A stretch of 27,143 nucleotides of DNA, taken from Desulfocapsa sulfexigens (lineage in GTDB: Bacteria; Desulfobacterota; Desulfobulbia; Desulfobulbales; Desulfocapsaceae). The translations under genes and the position numbers were made by a program. Positions 1 to 8,338 of the stretch are shown piece by piece. Below the pieces are notes generated by a model. That model saw only the letters and a program-made list of their open reading frames with translations, did no database searches and had not been told where the DNA came from. Within the stretch, counting starts at the first letter, position 1. Each line of letters starts with the position of its first letter. The stretch covers positions 1 through 27,143 of the forward strand of contig DYNG01000001.1 of the NCBI GenBank assembly GCA_020721165.1, in the 5' to 3' direction.

Positions 1-1052
1 CTTTTTTCAAACCCAAGGTCACAGGCAAAGATCTGGTTATTTTCACGAGACAGCTTTCGACAATGATTGATGCCGGCCTGCCTTTAATTCAAAGCCTTGA
101 AATTCTTGCCAAACAACAGGATAACCCTACCTTTAAGACCGTGCTTACCGCCATTAAAAGGGATGTGGAAACCGGAAGCACTATCGCTGACGCCATGCGC
201 AAGCACCCCAAAGTTTTTGACAACCTTTTTTCCAACATGATCGAAGCTGGTGAAACCGGCGGTATCCTGGATACCATTCTTGGTCGCCTGGCTGTTTTTA
301 AGGAAAAATCCATGGCCCTGACCAAAAAAATCAAAGGGGCCATGACCTATCCGGCCATCTGCCTGGCCATCTCCCTGCTTATTCTGGGTGTTATCCTTAT
401 TTTTGTTATCCCCGTTTTTGAGGAAATGTTTACCAGTATGGGCGCAGCTTTGCCGCTCCCTACCCAGATTGTTGTCAATCTCAGCAATATCGTCAAATCA
501 AATTTCCTCTTTATTATTATGGGAATTTTTGCTGTCGTTTTTATAATCAAGAAGATTTATAATACTGAAAAGGGTCGCTATCGTATTGATGCCCTTCTCT
601 TGAAAGCGCCGGTTGTCGGCCCATTAGTCAAAAAAGTGGCCGTTGCCAAATTTACACGAACTCTCAGCACCATGTTGCAAAGTGGCGTCCCCATTCTTGA
701 TGCCCTCCAGGTCGTTGCCAAAACATCGGGGAATAAAGTCATTGAAGCCGCTGTCTTCCGGGTGGCATCCGGTATCAGTGAAGGACGCCCCATCGCCGAA
801 CCCCTGGAGGAAAGCGGGGTTTTTCCCAATATGGTGGTGCAGATGATCAATGTCGGTGAATCTGTTGGTGCTCTTGACACCATGCTGGGAAAAATTGCGG
901 ACTTCTACGACGAAGAGGTTGATCAGGCCGTCACTAATTTGACAGCCATGATTGAACCCTTTATGATGGTTTTTCTTGGAGGTATGATCGGTGGTATTGT
1001 TGTCGCCATGTACTTGCCCATCTTCTCCATGGCCTCGGTAGTTGGCGGCTGA
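1..1052 (+). CDS. pilC: Type IV pilus assembly platform protein PilC (GspF/T2SS-F family); 5' end lies outside the window
   Basis: The frame is open from base 3 (FFKPKVTGKDLVIFTRQLSTMIDAGLPL). It has two GspF repeats (FTRQLSTMIDAG..GETGGILD and FTRTLSTMLQSG..GESVGALD) and C-terminal IEP..VVAMYLPIF. Confidence 0.96.
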   Translation, partial: FFKPKVTGKDLVIFTRQLSTMIDAGLPLIQSLEILAKQQDNPTFKTVLTAIKRDVETGSTIADAMRKHPKVFDNLFSNMIEAGETGGILDTILGRLAVFKEKSMALTKKIKGAMTYPAICLAISLLILGVILIFVIPVFEEMFTSMGAALPLPTQIVVNLSNIVKSNFLFIIMGIFAVVFIIKKIYNTEKGRYRIDALLLKAPVVGPLVKKVAVAKFTRTLSTMLQSGVPILDALQVVAKTSGNKVIEAAVFRVASGISEGRPIAEPLEESGVFPNMVVQMINVGESVGALDTMLGKIADFYDEEVDQAVTNLTAMIEPFMMVFLGGMIGGIVVAMYLPIFSMASVVGG

Positions 1053-1105
1053 AAACGAAAACATCCACAACCAAAACCGCGAGAGAAACAGGCGATGACG
1101 GATAT

Positions 1106-1197
1106 TGTCGTTTGTATGCTCTCCATGAGAGCATACAAACATTAACGACACGCAACCCGTATGATGCGACCTGTGGAAACAGGGTGTCATACGGTTG
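1106..1197. other. Two adjacent stem-loops in the pilC-ihfA intergenic region
   Basis: Perfect 14-bp inverted repeat GTTTGTATGCTCTC-cat-GAGAGCATACAAAC (1110-1140). A second imperfect hairpin (1153-1197) has CCGTATGA/TCATACGG and CCTGT-ggaa-ACAGG. Confidence 0.6.
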
Positions 1198-1248
1198 AGA
1201 ACTATTTCATGTACCTCTTATTTATTCTTTACCTCAATGGAGCGCAGT

Positions 1249-1536
1249 ATGACACTGACCAAAGCAGAACTCGTTCAACAAATTTATAATGTCCATCCCT
1301 CTCTCAGCAAGCCGCAAGCCGTGGAGGCCGTTGACGCCTTTCTGCGTATTTCAAAAAGTACGCTCATCCAAGGAACGGACCTCCTTCTAAGTGGTTTTGG
1401 TAAATTTAGCGTGAAGGACAAAAAATCGCGACGAGGAAGGAACCCACAAACGGGGGACGAGCTGACGCTTGATGCCCGACGGGTTATCACCTTCAAACCC
1501 TCCGGGATTCTTCGCGACAAAATCAATACTCCTTAA
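1249..1536 (+). CDS. ihfA: Integration host factor subunit alpha (HU/IHF family)
   Basis: MTLTKAELVQQIY..LLLSGFGKFSVKDKKSRRGRNPQTG..RRVITFKPS. GGAG at 1239-1242 supports the ATG at 1249 over the longer ORF start. Confidence 0.9.
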   Translation: MTLTKAELVQQIYNVHPSLSKPQAVEAVDAFLRISKSTLIQGTDLLLSGFGKFSVKDKKSRRGRNPQTGDELTLDARRVITFKPSGILRDKINTP

Positions 1537-1602
1537 ACCCGACAGCGCCACCTGCTGTACGCTCTTCATGGCACAACTGCCAAATCGGGCAGGGTGGACT
1601 GT

Positions 1603-2121
1603 TCAGGGATGACATAAGCGGAGGATACTGTCTGGTACTTTTTCCACCGGTATCCCTAAAACACAGGAGAATCCGATGAGCTCATCGCCTGTGCAATTAA
1701 AAATTAGGGGCAGCCATTGATTGTCATCACGAAAGGAGGACTCCTTCTCCGCCACAATTTGCAATAAGGCAAGGAGCTCCTGAGCGACTTTAACCTGAAC
1801 GGCGGGGTCATTTGTATGCCCCCGCCGTTGTCGAAAGGCAAGAAAACGATTCCAATTAGAAATAGCTCGCTTGAGGCCTCGGTACACCCCGAGCTTCCTG
1901 TTTTCATAACAAAGATCACGGAAGATGATCTCTTGATAACGGGCACTGGCAGCTTCCAGCAACAGATCAATCTCTTCTTTGGTCAACCATAACCGTGGCC
2001 CATCGCGATCTTCCGTAAGATAATGGAGAGCCGAGTGGAAGGCAATCTCAGGGATTTCACCAGAATGCCGTACCAGTAACCATTCATCAGCTAAGACATC
2101 TGCTCGATCCGCAGAGAGCAT
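1603..2121 (-). CDS. Hypothetical protein, last gene of the hemA cluster
   Basis: 172-aa ORF whose start overlaps the hemA stop by 1 nt (position 2121), indicating translational coupling. No recognisable catalytic motif. Confidence 0.75.
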   Translation of the reverse strand: MLSADRADVLADEWLLVRHSGEIPEIAFHSALHYLTEDRDGPRLWLTKEEIDLLLEAASARYQEIIFRDLCYENRKLGVYRGLKRAISNWNRFLAFRQRRGHTNDPAVQVKVAQELLALLQIVAEKESSFRDDNQWLPLIFNCTGDELIGFSCVLGIPVEKVPDSILRLCHP

Positions 2122-3428
2122 TATTTTTCCTCTAAACCAAAAGCAGTACGAATCATCTCCACCTTTTCGTCATGCCTTTCCTTACACCCCTCTTCATCCT
2201 TGAGATAGGCAATGGGAGCATGCAGCAATTTGGCCGTAATTGCCAAAGCCATCTTTTCAATCACCTGATGATCTTCAAGCGTAAGGTGGGGTAATCGTCC
2301 CAGAGCCTTCTCTATTTCTAACTGACTAATATCGTTCGCCCTCTTTCTTAAAGCAATAATCGTAGGCACCACCGCAAGCCCATCGAGCCAGCGCTGAAAG
2401 TTAGCCGTCTCTTCATCAACAATACGCCGCGCCTTGACCGCTTCCTTCTCCCTTTCAGACTTGTTCAGCTCTACGACTTGATGCAGGTCATCAATATCAT
2501 AAAGATACACATTGTCCAGCTCATTCAATGCCGGATCAAGATCACGGGGCACGGCAATATCAATAAAGAAAATGGGTTCATTGCGACGGGCCCGCATAAT
2601 TGCTTTCATCTCCTGTTTATGCAGAATGAGATGAGGAGCACCCGTTGAACTGATGACAATATCAACCTGTTCCAGTTGATCAGTGAGTGCATCCAGAGAA
2701 ACCGCAGAACCATGAAAGCGTTGCGCCAGGCTCGTCGCCCGGGACAAGGTCCGATTGGCAACCACCACCTTATCAACCCCTTGGCTGACCAGATGCTCTG
2801 CCGCAAGCTCTGCCATTTCACCAGCCCCGATCAGCAAAACGCTCTTGGTATCCAGACTGCCAAAGATCTTTCTGGCCAGTTCAACGGCGGCATAACTGAT
2901 AGAAACGGCCGAGGCTCCAATAAGCGTTTCCGTTCGTACCCGCTTGGCCGTCGAAAACGCTTTATGCAGTAATTTATTGAGAATGGGACCGGTGCCCTTT
3001 CCCTCTGTGGCAAGACGATACGCCTCCTTTAATTGTCCAAGAATCTGTGCTTCTCCAATGACCATCGAATCAAGGCTGGTGGCCACCATAAAAAGATGAT
3101 GCACGGCATCAATGTTGCGATGGATATAGAGATAATCTTGATAATGCTCAGGGGCAACCGTATTCCCAAAAAGGAGGGGCACTATCCGGGACTCAATATC
3201 TGCACGACCCGCATTTTCCAACACTGCATTTTCTTGAACAACGACAATAATTTCAACCCGATTGCAGGTTGAAAGCAGATAACATTCTCGGCATCCATCC
3301 AGTTTCTGCAATTCTTGCAGGGTTTCCTCATAACTCTTCCCGCCCTGACCAATGGCCAACTGCTCACGAACTGCCAGTGGCGCTGTTTTATGGTTCACCC
3401 CCAAAAGCAAAATCATCTCACTGGGCAT
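2121..3428 (-). CDS. hemA: Glutamyl-tRNA reductase
   Basis: LLGVNHKTAPLAVRE, catalytic LSTCNRVE, SLDSMVIGEAQILGQ, NADPH-binding IGAGEM, DIAVPRD. GGAGG precedes the ATG at 3428; an alternative ATG is at 3416. Confidence 0.97.
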   Translation of the reverse strand: MPSEMILLLGVNHKTAPLAVREQLAIGQGGKSYEETLQELQKLDGCRECYLLSTCNRVEIIVVVQENAVLENAGRADIESRIVPLLFGNTVAPEHYQDYLYIHRNIDAVHHLFMVATSLDSMVIGEAQILGQLKEAYRLATEGKGTGPILNKLLHKAFSTAKRVRTETLIGASAVSISYAAVELARKIFGSLDTKSVLLIGAGEMAELAAEHLVSQGVDKVVVANRTLSRATSLAQRFHGSAVSLDALTDQLEQVDIVISSTGAPHLILHKQEMKAIMRARRNEPIFFIDIAVPRDLDPALNELDNVYLYDIDDLHQVVELNKSEREKEAVKARRIVDEETANFQRWLDGLAVVPTIIALRKRANDISQLEIEKALGRLPHLTLEDHQVIEKMALAITAKLLHAPIAYLKDEEGCKERHDEKVEMIRTAFGLEEK

Positions 3429-4245
3429 AGCTATGTATGCCTCCAAGCAGGAAGGTCACACCCCACAGGGTAAATATCATGGAGACGAAACCGATAATGG
3501 CCATAATGGCCGCTCGTTTCCCCCGCCATCCCGCAGAAAATCGTTGGTGAATCTGGGCAGCATAGAGGAACCAGGTAATCAACGACCATGTTTCCTTGGG
3601 GTCCCAATGCCAGTAAGATCCCCAGGCCTGACTCGCCCATATCGAACCAGAAATAATCCCAAGGGTTAAAAGGACAAAGCCAATCGCCAGACAATGGCTG
3701 TTGAGCTGATCAAGTGCATCGAGGGAAGGCAACCGTTTGAACAAATAGCCAAATTTCTTCTTTTTCAATTCACGATTCTGCAAAAGATACATGATGCCAC
3801 CGCAAAACGCTAAAGACAGAAAAGCGTATGAGGCAACCGTTACGCCGGCATGAACTGGCAGCCACCAGCTTTGCAGGGCTGGCGCCAGGGGGTTGATGGT
3901 GCGGGGACTTAACGCCGCAATGACAAGCAGTGCCAGAATTAACGGAGAGATAAAAGCTCCAAAATTTTTAACGGTATAACGCCAGCGAAAGGAAAGATAG
4001 GCCCAGGTCAATGACCAGGAAAAGAAAACCACGGTTTCATGCTGCGAGGTGATAGGTGTGTATCCGGTTTGAAAAAAACGCAAAAGGACATACATGGTTT
4101 GTAGAATACCTACAACCACAAGGGAAAAGCGAGCCAGACCTCTGAGTCGTTGGTTCTGGCTCACAAAAACAAACCAATTCACACACAAAGACAGGCCATG
4201 CGTGACAAGGATGGTGTGAAAAAGCAGGCGGCTCGTATCACCCAC
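3418..4245 (-). CDS. ccsA: Cytochrome c biogenesis protein CcsA/ResC family (system II heme lyase subunit; HemX-like position)
   Basis: WWD domain SGSIWASQAWGSYWHWDPKETWSLITW, conserved His in WLPVH and GIHSY, many TM segments. A GAGG RBS precedes the GTG at 4245; the ORF track start is 4305. Confidence 0.9.
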   Translation of the reverse strand: MGDTSRLLFHTILVTHGLSLCVNWFVFVSQNQRLRGLARFSLVVVGILQTMYVLLRFFQTGYTPITSQHETVVFFSWSLTWAYLSFRWRYTVKNFGAFISPLILALLVIAALSPRTINPLAPALQSWWLPVHAGVTVASYAFLSLAFCGGIMYLLQNRELKKKKFGYLFKRLPSLDALDQLNSHCLAIGFVLLTLGIISGSIWASQAWGSYWHWDPKETWSLITWFLYAAQIHQRFSAGWRGKRAAIMAIIGFVSMIFTLWGVTFLLGGIHSYAQ

Positions 4246-4360
4246 AATGGATATCCTCACGAAAAAAGACACCAATGGCAGGAGTTGTTCTCCAGCGCCA
4301 GGCATCGGTGGGTTCGACCAGAGTAATCAGTTTTATTCTGAATTCGTATAGAGAGGAGTA

Positions 4361-5059
4361 TCATATCGCTTGCACCTTGCCCACGATATCGTCCACATCA
4401 ATATCCGCTGGAAGAATTTCTTGTAATTTCACAGCAAGAGCGGGCCAATCTTGTCGTCGCAATAACGAAAGAAGGTTTGCACAATCAATGTCAGCAAATA
4501 CGGATTTATGGGTATCCACAGTCTCACCCCTCTTTCTGACCTCCGTCCACTTCCTGCTCTGCAGCACCTGCATCCGGATGGCGGACAAGAGGGTGACAAG
4601 CCCTCCATATTCGGGCCCATACTGATGTTCAAGTTCCTTGCGAACGGCAGCGGCCAGAGAAGGGCTGCCACCACCCGTAGAAACAGAAATCAGAAAATCG
4701 CCTCGACGAAGAGTGGCGGGAACATGGAAGGTGCTGGCATCAGGATTATCAGCAACATTGACCAGCGTAGAAAGCAAGCGAGCATCCTCAACAATCCGCA
4801 ACTGGGTTTCGGGACAATTCGTTAAAGCAAAAACAAAAGAAGCTCCTTTCAGATCTCCCTGTTCATAGACACGAGGGAGCCACTCCAGCCTCCCATCAAG
4901 CACAAGATTTTGAATTTGCATCAATATTTTCGGACTGACGAGCCGAACCCTGGCCCCACATGCCAATAGCCCATGCAATTTACGCGCGGCAACCAGCCCG
5001 CCGCCAATGACCACGCACAGTTGGCCGTCCATGTTCACATTGATGGGATATAAGACCAT
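4361..5059 (-). CDS. sirC: Precorrin-2 dehydrogenase / sirohydrochlorin ferrochelatase (SirC/Met8p, CysG N-terminal type)
   Basis: LYPINV..CVVIGGGLVAARKL NAD-binding motif, LVNVADNP..FHVPA, ISVSTGGGSPSLAAAVR. An alternative TTG start is at 5068. Confidence 0.92.
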   Translation of the reverse strand: MVLYPINVNMDGQLCVVIGGGLVAARKLHGLLACGARVRLVSPKILMQIQNLVLDGRLEWLPRVYEQGDLKGASFVFALTNCPETQLRIVEDARLLSTLVNVADNPDASTFHVPATLRRGDFLISVSTGGGSPSLAAAVRKELEHQYGPEYGGLVTLLSAIRMQVLQSRKWTEVRKRGETVDTHKSVFADIDCANLLSLLRRQDWPALAVKLQEILPADIDVDDIVGKVQAI

Positions 5060-5072
5060 ATGTTTCAAGCAG

Positions 5073-5768
5073 TCATTTCTTTTTACGAGTCAGACGATTG
5101 ACAATAATCGTCACATTCTTTTCCGGCTTGCGAATGACCTGTTTCCCGAGGGTAATATCAAATTCTTCTTTGGCCAGATTCAAAAAAAGCGGCAAACTTC
5201 GACGGCTGGCATCATGGGCAAGATAAACGCAGCCCTCTGGCTTGAGATATTTCTGCAAAACTGTCAGCAGTGGCTGGAAAAATTCGTCACGAAATAAAAT
5301 TTCCGCACCAATCACGATATCAAAAGGAGCTAGCTCGGGCGGATGCAACCAGTCAAGATGGGTAAAATTGATGCCATGGACCCCGGAGGCCGCCGCATTT
5401 ATTTTCTGGAAATCCATAATAATATCTTCATAATCGGATATCGTTACCGAAAAACCAGCAGCAGCTGCCGTAATCCCCGGGGTCCCCAACCCTGCCCCTA
5501 ACTCAAGAACCGTGGTTTCAGGCGAGGCCGGTAATTGATTCATCACATACGATAAAACCATAGCCGCTTCCCACAATTTCACCCAGAACGGAAACTCCGA
5601 AACATTGACCAGCGGATCCTTGCCAGCCAAAAACTCTTCAATATCAGCGGGTTTGAGGATTCGTAAAGTTGTTTCGCCCACTTTGAAGCGATCAAATCTC
5701 AATTTGTATTGAGATCTGATTCGATTATATATTTTTCGTTCTGGTTCAGGAAGATTCCGAATATCCAT
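5073..5768 (-). CDS. Class I SAM-dependent methyltransferase, family-16 (METTL21/Nnt1-like protein methyltransferase) type
   Basis: PFWVKLWEAAMVLS pre-motif, motif I VLELGAGLGTPG, post-I ISDY, LDW, motif II FDIVIGAEILF. Confidence 0.85.
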   Translation of the reverse strand: MDIRNLPEPERKIYNRIRSQYKLRFDRFKVGETTLRILKPADIEEFLAGKDPLVNVSEFPFWVKLWEAAMVLSYVMNQLPASPETTVLELGAGLGTPGITAAAAGFSVTISDYEDIIMDFQKINAAASGVHGINFTHLDWLHPPELAPFDIVIGAEILFRDEFFQPLLTVLQKYLKPEGCVYLAHDASRRSLPLFLNLAKEEFDITLGKQVIRKPEKNVTIIVNRLTRKKK

Positions 5769-5875
5769 TGATTTTCTGCGTCGTCAAGAGCCATGTCCAA
5801 GCATGGTCAAGAAAAGTTTTTTGTTTTTGTGTAGCTTATTCCCACCCTCGACGAACAGAATACGCTGTAACGCAC

Positions 5876-5914
5876 AAAAAAAGAGGGGCTGATTGAGTCT
5901 CCTCAATCAGCCCC
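5876..5914 (-). terminator. Rho-independent terminator after the small GC-tailed protein gene
   Basis: 13-bp perfect stem GGGGCTGATTGAG-tctc-CTCAATCAGCCCC (5885-5914), followed on the minus strand by a T7 tract (A run at 5876-5882). Confidence 0.9.
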
Positions 5915-5960
5915 GCAAACTACCTAAAAACGAAAGCTCTGTCAATTGTCAGCAGACAAA

Positions 5961-6191
5961 TTAGCAACCCTCGATGGCGCCTTTTTTCTTACCGGCAGCG
6001 ATTTTACCATCGGTAACGGTCACCTTATCACCTACTTTGGCAGCACCCATGGCAGAAACCTCTTTGCCATCATCACAGGTAACGGTTACTTTATCACCAG
6101 CAACGGCCTTAACGGTACCGGTGCAAGCAAAAGAAGAGGCGGCGCAAAGCATGAAAGACAGAGCAACAACAGCTACGATTCCTTTTTTCAT
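5961..6191 (-). CDS. Small secreted protein ending in Gly-Cys, ExtJ-like
   Basis: Signal peptide MKKGIVAVVALSFMLCAASSFA. The roughly 54-aa beta-rich mature part has GDKVTVT twice and ends KKKGAIEGC. A GGAG RBS precedes the ATG at 6191, and the gene has its own promoter and terminator. Confidence 0.85.
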   Translation of the reverse strand: MKKGIVAVVALSFMLCAASSFACTGTVKAVAGDKVTVTCDDGKEVSAMGAAKVGDKVTVTDGKIAAGKKKGAIEGC

Positions 6192-6265
6192 TTTTTTCTC
6201 CATTGATACTAATGCTTTTGGTTAATCTGGATCGCTCCAGGGTTAAAGAACTTCACATGGAAGTA

Positions 6266-6293
6266 ATTATACTCACACATAAGCTTCTGTCAA
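6266..6293 (-). promoter_or_regulatory. Consensus sigma70 promoter of the small GC-tailed protein
   Basis: Minus strand reads TTGACA (6293-6288), a 16-nt spacer, then TATAAT (6271-6266). An AT-rich UP-like tract lies upstream. Confidence 0.85.
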
Positions 6294-6317
6294 ATAAAAA
6301 ACTGAAAATAATGAATA

Positions 6318-6839
6318 CTAATTCATTATTTTTTTAATATCCTTTTCCAGGAGGGCATGGGGAACCATCCCTGGATACTTTTTAACAACAACCCCTTCCT
6401 TGTTCACTAAAAATGAAGTGGGGATTCCTGCTACTCCTCCAAAATCACGGGCCGTAGCATCATCTGCCATTAAAACAGGATAATTGATCGAGCGAATTTC
6501 AATCAATTTGGCAACGACCTCCGCGCCATCATCAACCGATAGGCCAATAACCGAAAAATTTGACTGGGCAAATTGTTTTTGCAACTCGATTAGCACCGGC
6601 ACCTCTTGCATACAAGGAGGACACCAAGTGGCAAAAAAGGTGACCAGCAGGGTTTTCCCCTCAAATGTCGTGCTTTTTACCGTCGCTCCCCCCTTGCTGG
6701 CATCAGTAAGACTAAAGGCCGGCATCTTACTGGCCGCAAAGAGAATAGAAGGGGAGAAAACAAGACAAAAAAACAGACAGTAAAGGCTTACTCTCACTCT
6801 GTTTCCGAATTCGGGGTTTCTGGTCAAAGAGGCACTCAT
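6318..6839 (-). CDS. TlpA/ResA-family thiol:disulfide oxidoreductase (exported)
   Basis: Hydrophobic N-terminal leader, LLVTFFATWCPPCMQEVP active site, GIPTSFLVNKEG cis-Pro loop. Confidence 0.92.
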   Translation of the reverse strand: MSASLTRNPEFGNRVRVSLYCLFFCLVFSPSILFAASKMPAFSLTDASKGGATVKSTTFEGKTLLVTFFATWCPPCMQEVPVLIELQKQFAQSNFSVIGLSVDDGAEVVAKLIEIRSINYPVLMADDATARDFGGVAGIPTSFLVNKEGVVVKKYPGMVPHALLEKDIKKIMN

Positions 6840-7164
6840 ATATCACTCCAAGGTATTATGCAACAACAGAGACATTTATTTTACATGCTTACAATAGGAT
6901 ATTTACATAAAAAGTCAATTGAGAAAGCTTGCCTATCCATGACAGCCAAAGAAATTCCTGACTATCTTCATGGAACAGGCCGCTCCACACAGAAAGGGTG
7001 TGGCCTCCCTCGTTTCCTGAATAAAGGTTTCATCTCCAACAGGAAGATAAAATATCGTCGCCAGGTAAAAGATATGGTATTACTGTAGAACAAACAGGGA
7101 ATTGAAATTCCTTGTGGTATATTTTTTGTTTTTTGAACTTTTCTTTGAACCAACGGTGCCTCCC

Positions 7165-8166
7165 ATGCAGATTTTTCCTGTTTTTTTCTCCACACTTCTC
7201 CTGCTTATTCTTACCTTAGCGCCTTCGGCCAACTGCCGAGCCGAGCTTGTTGACAGAGTTGTAGCAGTGGTCAATGACGATGTCATTACCTCTTCTGAAG
7301 TCAATGATGAGGGGAAGATGTTCTTCCAGAAAATCACTGACCAGGCCCCTGCCGATGAAGTTGCCTCTGCACTTCGACGGGCCAGAGAAGATGTCCTCAA
7401 CAGCCTGATTGATAAAAAGCTGATCGCGCAAGAGGCAGCAAAGCAAAAGCTGACAGTTTCCGATGAAGAAATAAAAGCAGCCGTCAAGCAAATGAGTGAT
7501 AACAACAACATGACCGTTGAGGAATTCCTGTTGCAGGTGCGGAGCACCGGCATGACAGAGGCTGTCTATCACGACAATCTACGGAATCAAATCCTGCAAA
7601 GTAAGCTGCTGAATTATGAGGTTCGATCCAAAATCATCATCAGCGACGATGAAGTCCTTGATTATTATGACACCCATTACACAAAACGCGTCGAACAGGG
7701 TGGATATTACCTTTTACAAATGGGATTCTTGGGGAAGAAGGATCCAAAAAACCTGGGGAGTCTTGACCCTGCATCGAAGTTAGAAGCGAAAAAAAAGGCC
7801 GAAAGGATCCATGCTTTGGCAGAAAGCGGCCAGGATTTTTCACAACTGGCCAAAAAGTTTTCCGAGCTTCCTTCTGCGGCTGATGGCGGCAACATCGGTA
7901 CATTCCAAAAAGAAGAGATGGCTGATTATATGAAAACAGCTCTTCTTTCCATCAAACCTGGCCAGATTACGCAAATCGTCGAGACCCCGGATGGGTATCA
8001 ATTTTTCAAACTCCTCTCCAGTCAAGAAGGCGGCGTCGTCCTTCAGGCGCCCTATGACTCAGTCAAAGAAGAGATAAAAAAGACCTTGTACGACGAAAAG
8101 CTGAAAACAGAATTCGAAGCCTGGGTCAGCAAGATAAGAACCTCTGCCTACATAAAAAAAATGTAG
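7165..8166 (+). CDS. surA: SurA-family periplasmic chaperone / parvulin peptidyl-prolyl isomerase
   Basis: Signal peptide, then ELVDRVVAVVNDDVIT (SurA N-domain) and one PpiC domain (DFSQLAKKFSE.PSAADGGNIG..GQITQIVETPDGYQFFKL). Start uncertain (7102 or 7165). Confidence 0.85.
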   Translation: MQIFPVFFSTLLLLILTLAPSANCRAELVDRVVAVVNDDVITSSEVNDEGKMFFQKITDQAPADEVASALRRAREDVLNSLIDKKLIAQEAAKQKLTVSDEEIKAAVKQMSDNNNMTVEEFLLQVRSTGMTEAVYHDNLRNQILQSKLLNYEVRSKIIISDDEVLDYYDTHYTKRVEQGGYYLLQMGFLGKKDPKNLGSLDPASKLEAKKKAERIHALAESGQDFSQLAKKFSELPSAADGGNIGTFQKEEMADYMKTALLSIKPGQITQIVETPDGYQFFKLLSSQEGGVVLQAPYDSVKEEIKKTLYDEKLKTEFEAWVSKIRTSAYIKKM

Positions 8167-8338
8167 GTAGACTGTGCTTGCAGCACAATTGAACAAAAGG
8201 GTTCTGAATAGCGGTATACTCTCGCTAACGCACGATCTCGGTCAATACGGCGATGCGCCGTGCGGCCCGGCGCGGAAAAATAAGTGTGCGCCGGAGTATA
8301 ACAAAAGAACAAATTGTGATTGCCAGGTAGGATTTGCC

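Noticed and set aside
4290-4330. GGTTCGACC resembling a tRNA T-loop
   Set aside because: The flanking GTGGG has no complementary arm, and no cloverleaf or CCA can be built.
5961-5969. Possible selenocysteine at the end of the GC-tailed protein
   Set aside because: The codons are GGT TGC TAA, so it is Cys with a UAA stop. The cytochrome ends TGT GAG TAG. The TGA stops of sirC and the methyltransferase fall at natural domain ends.
6241-6258. Rex-like operator near the start site of the GC-tailed gene
   Set aside because: Only one half-site (TGTGAA) fits. The other half matches poorly.
6939-7088. Possible 49-aa ORF (MTAKEIPDY..) between tlpA and surA
   Set aside because: No clear RBS or motif. 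The region is better explained as a divergent promoter.
8174-8338. 55-codon N-terminal extension of RecO, and similar long extensions in the ORF track (23268, 1195, 4305)
   Set aside because: Homology-like motifs and RBS positions point to downstream starts.
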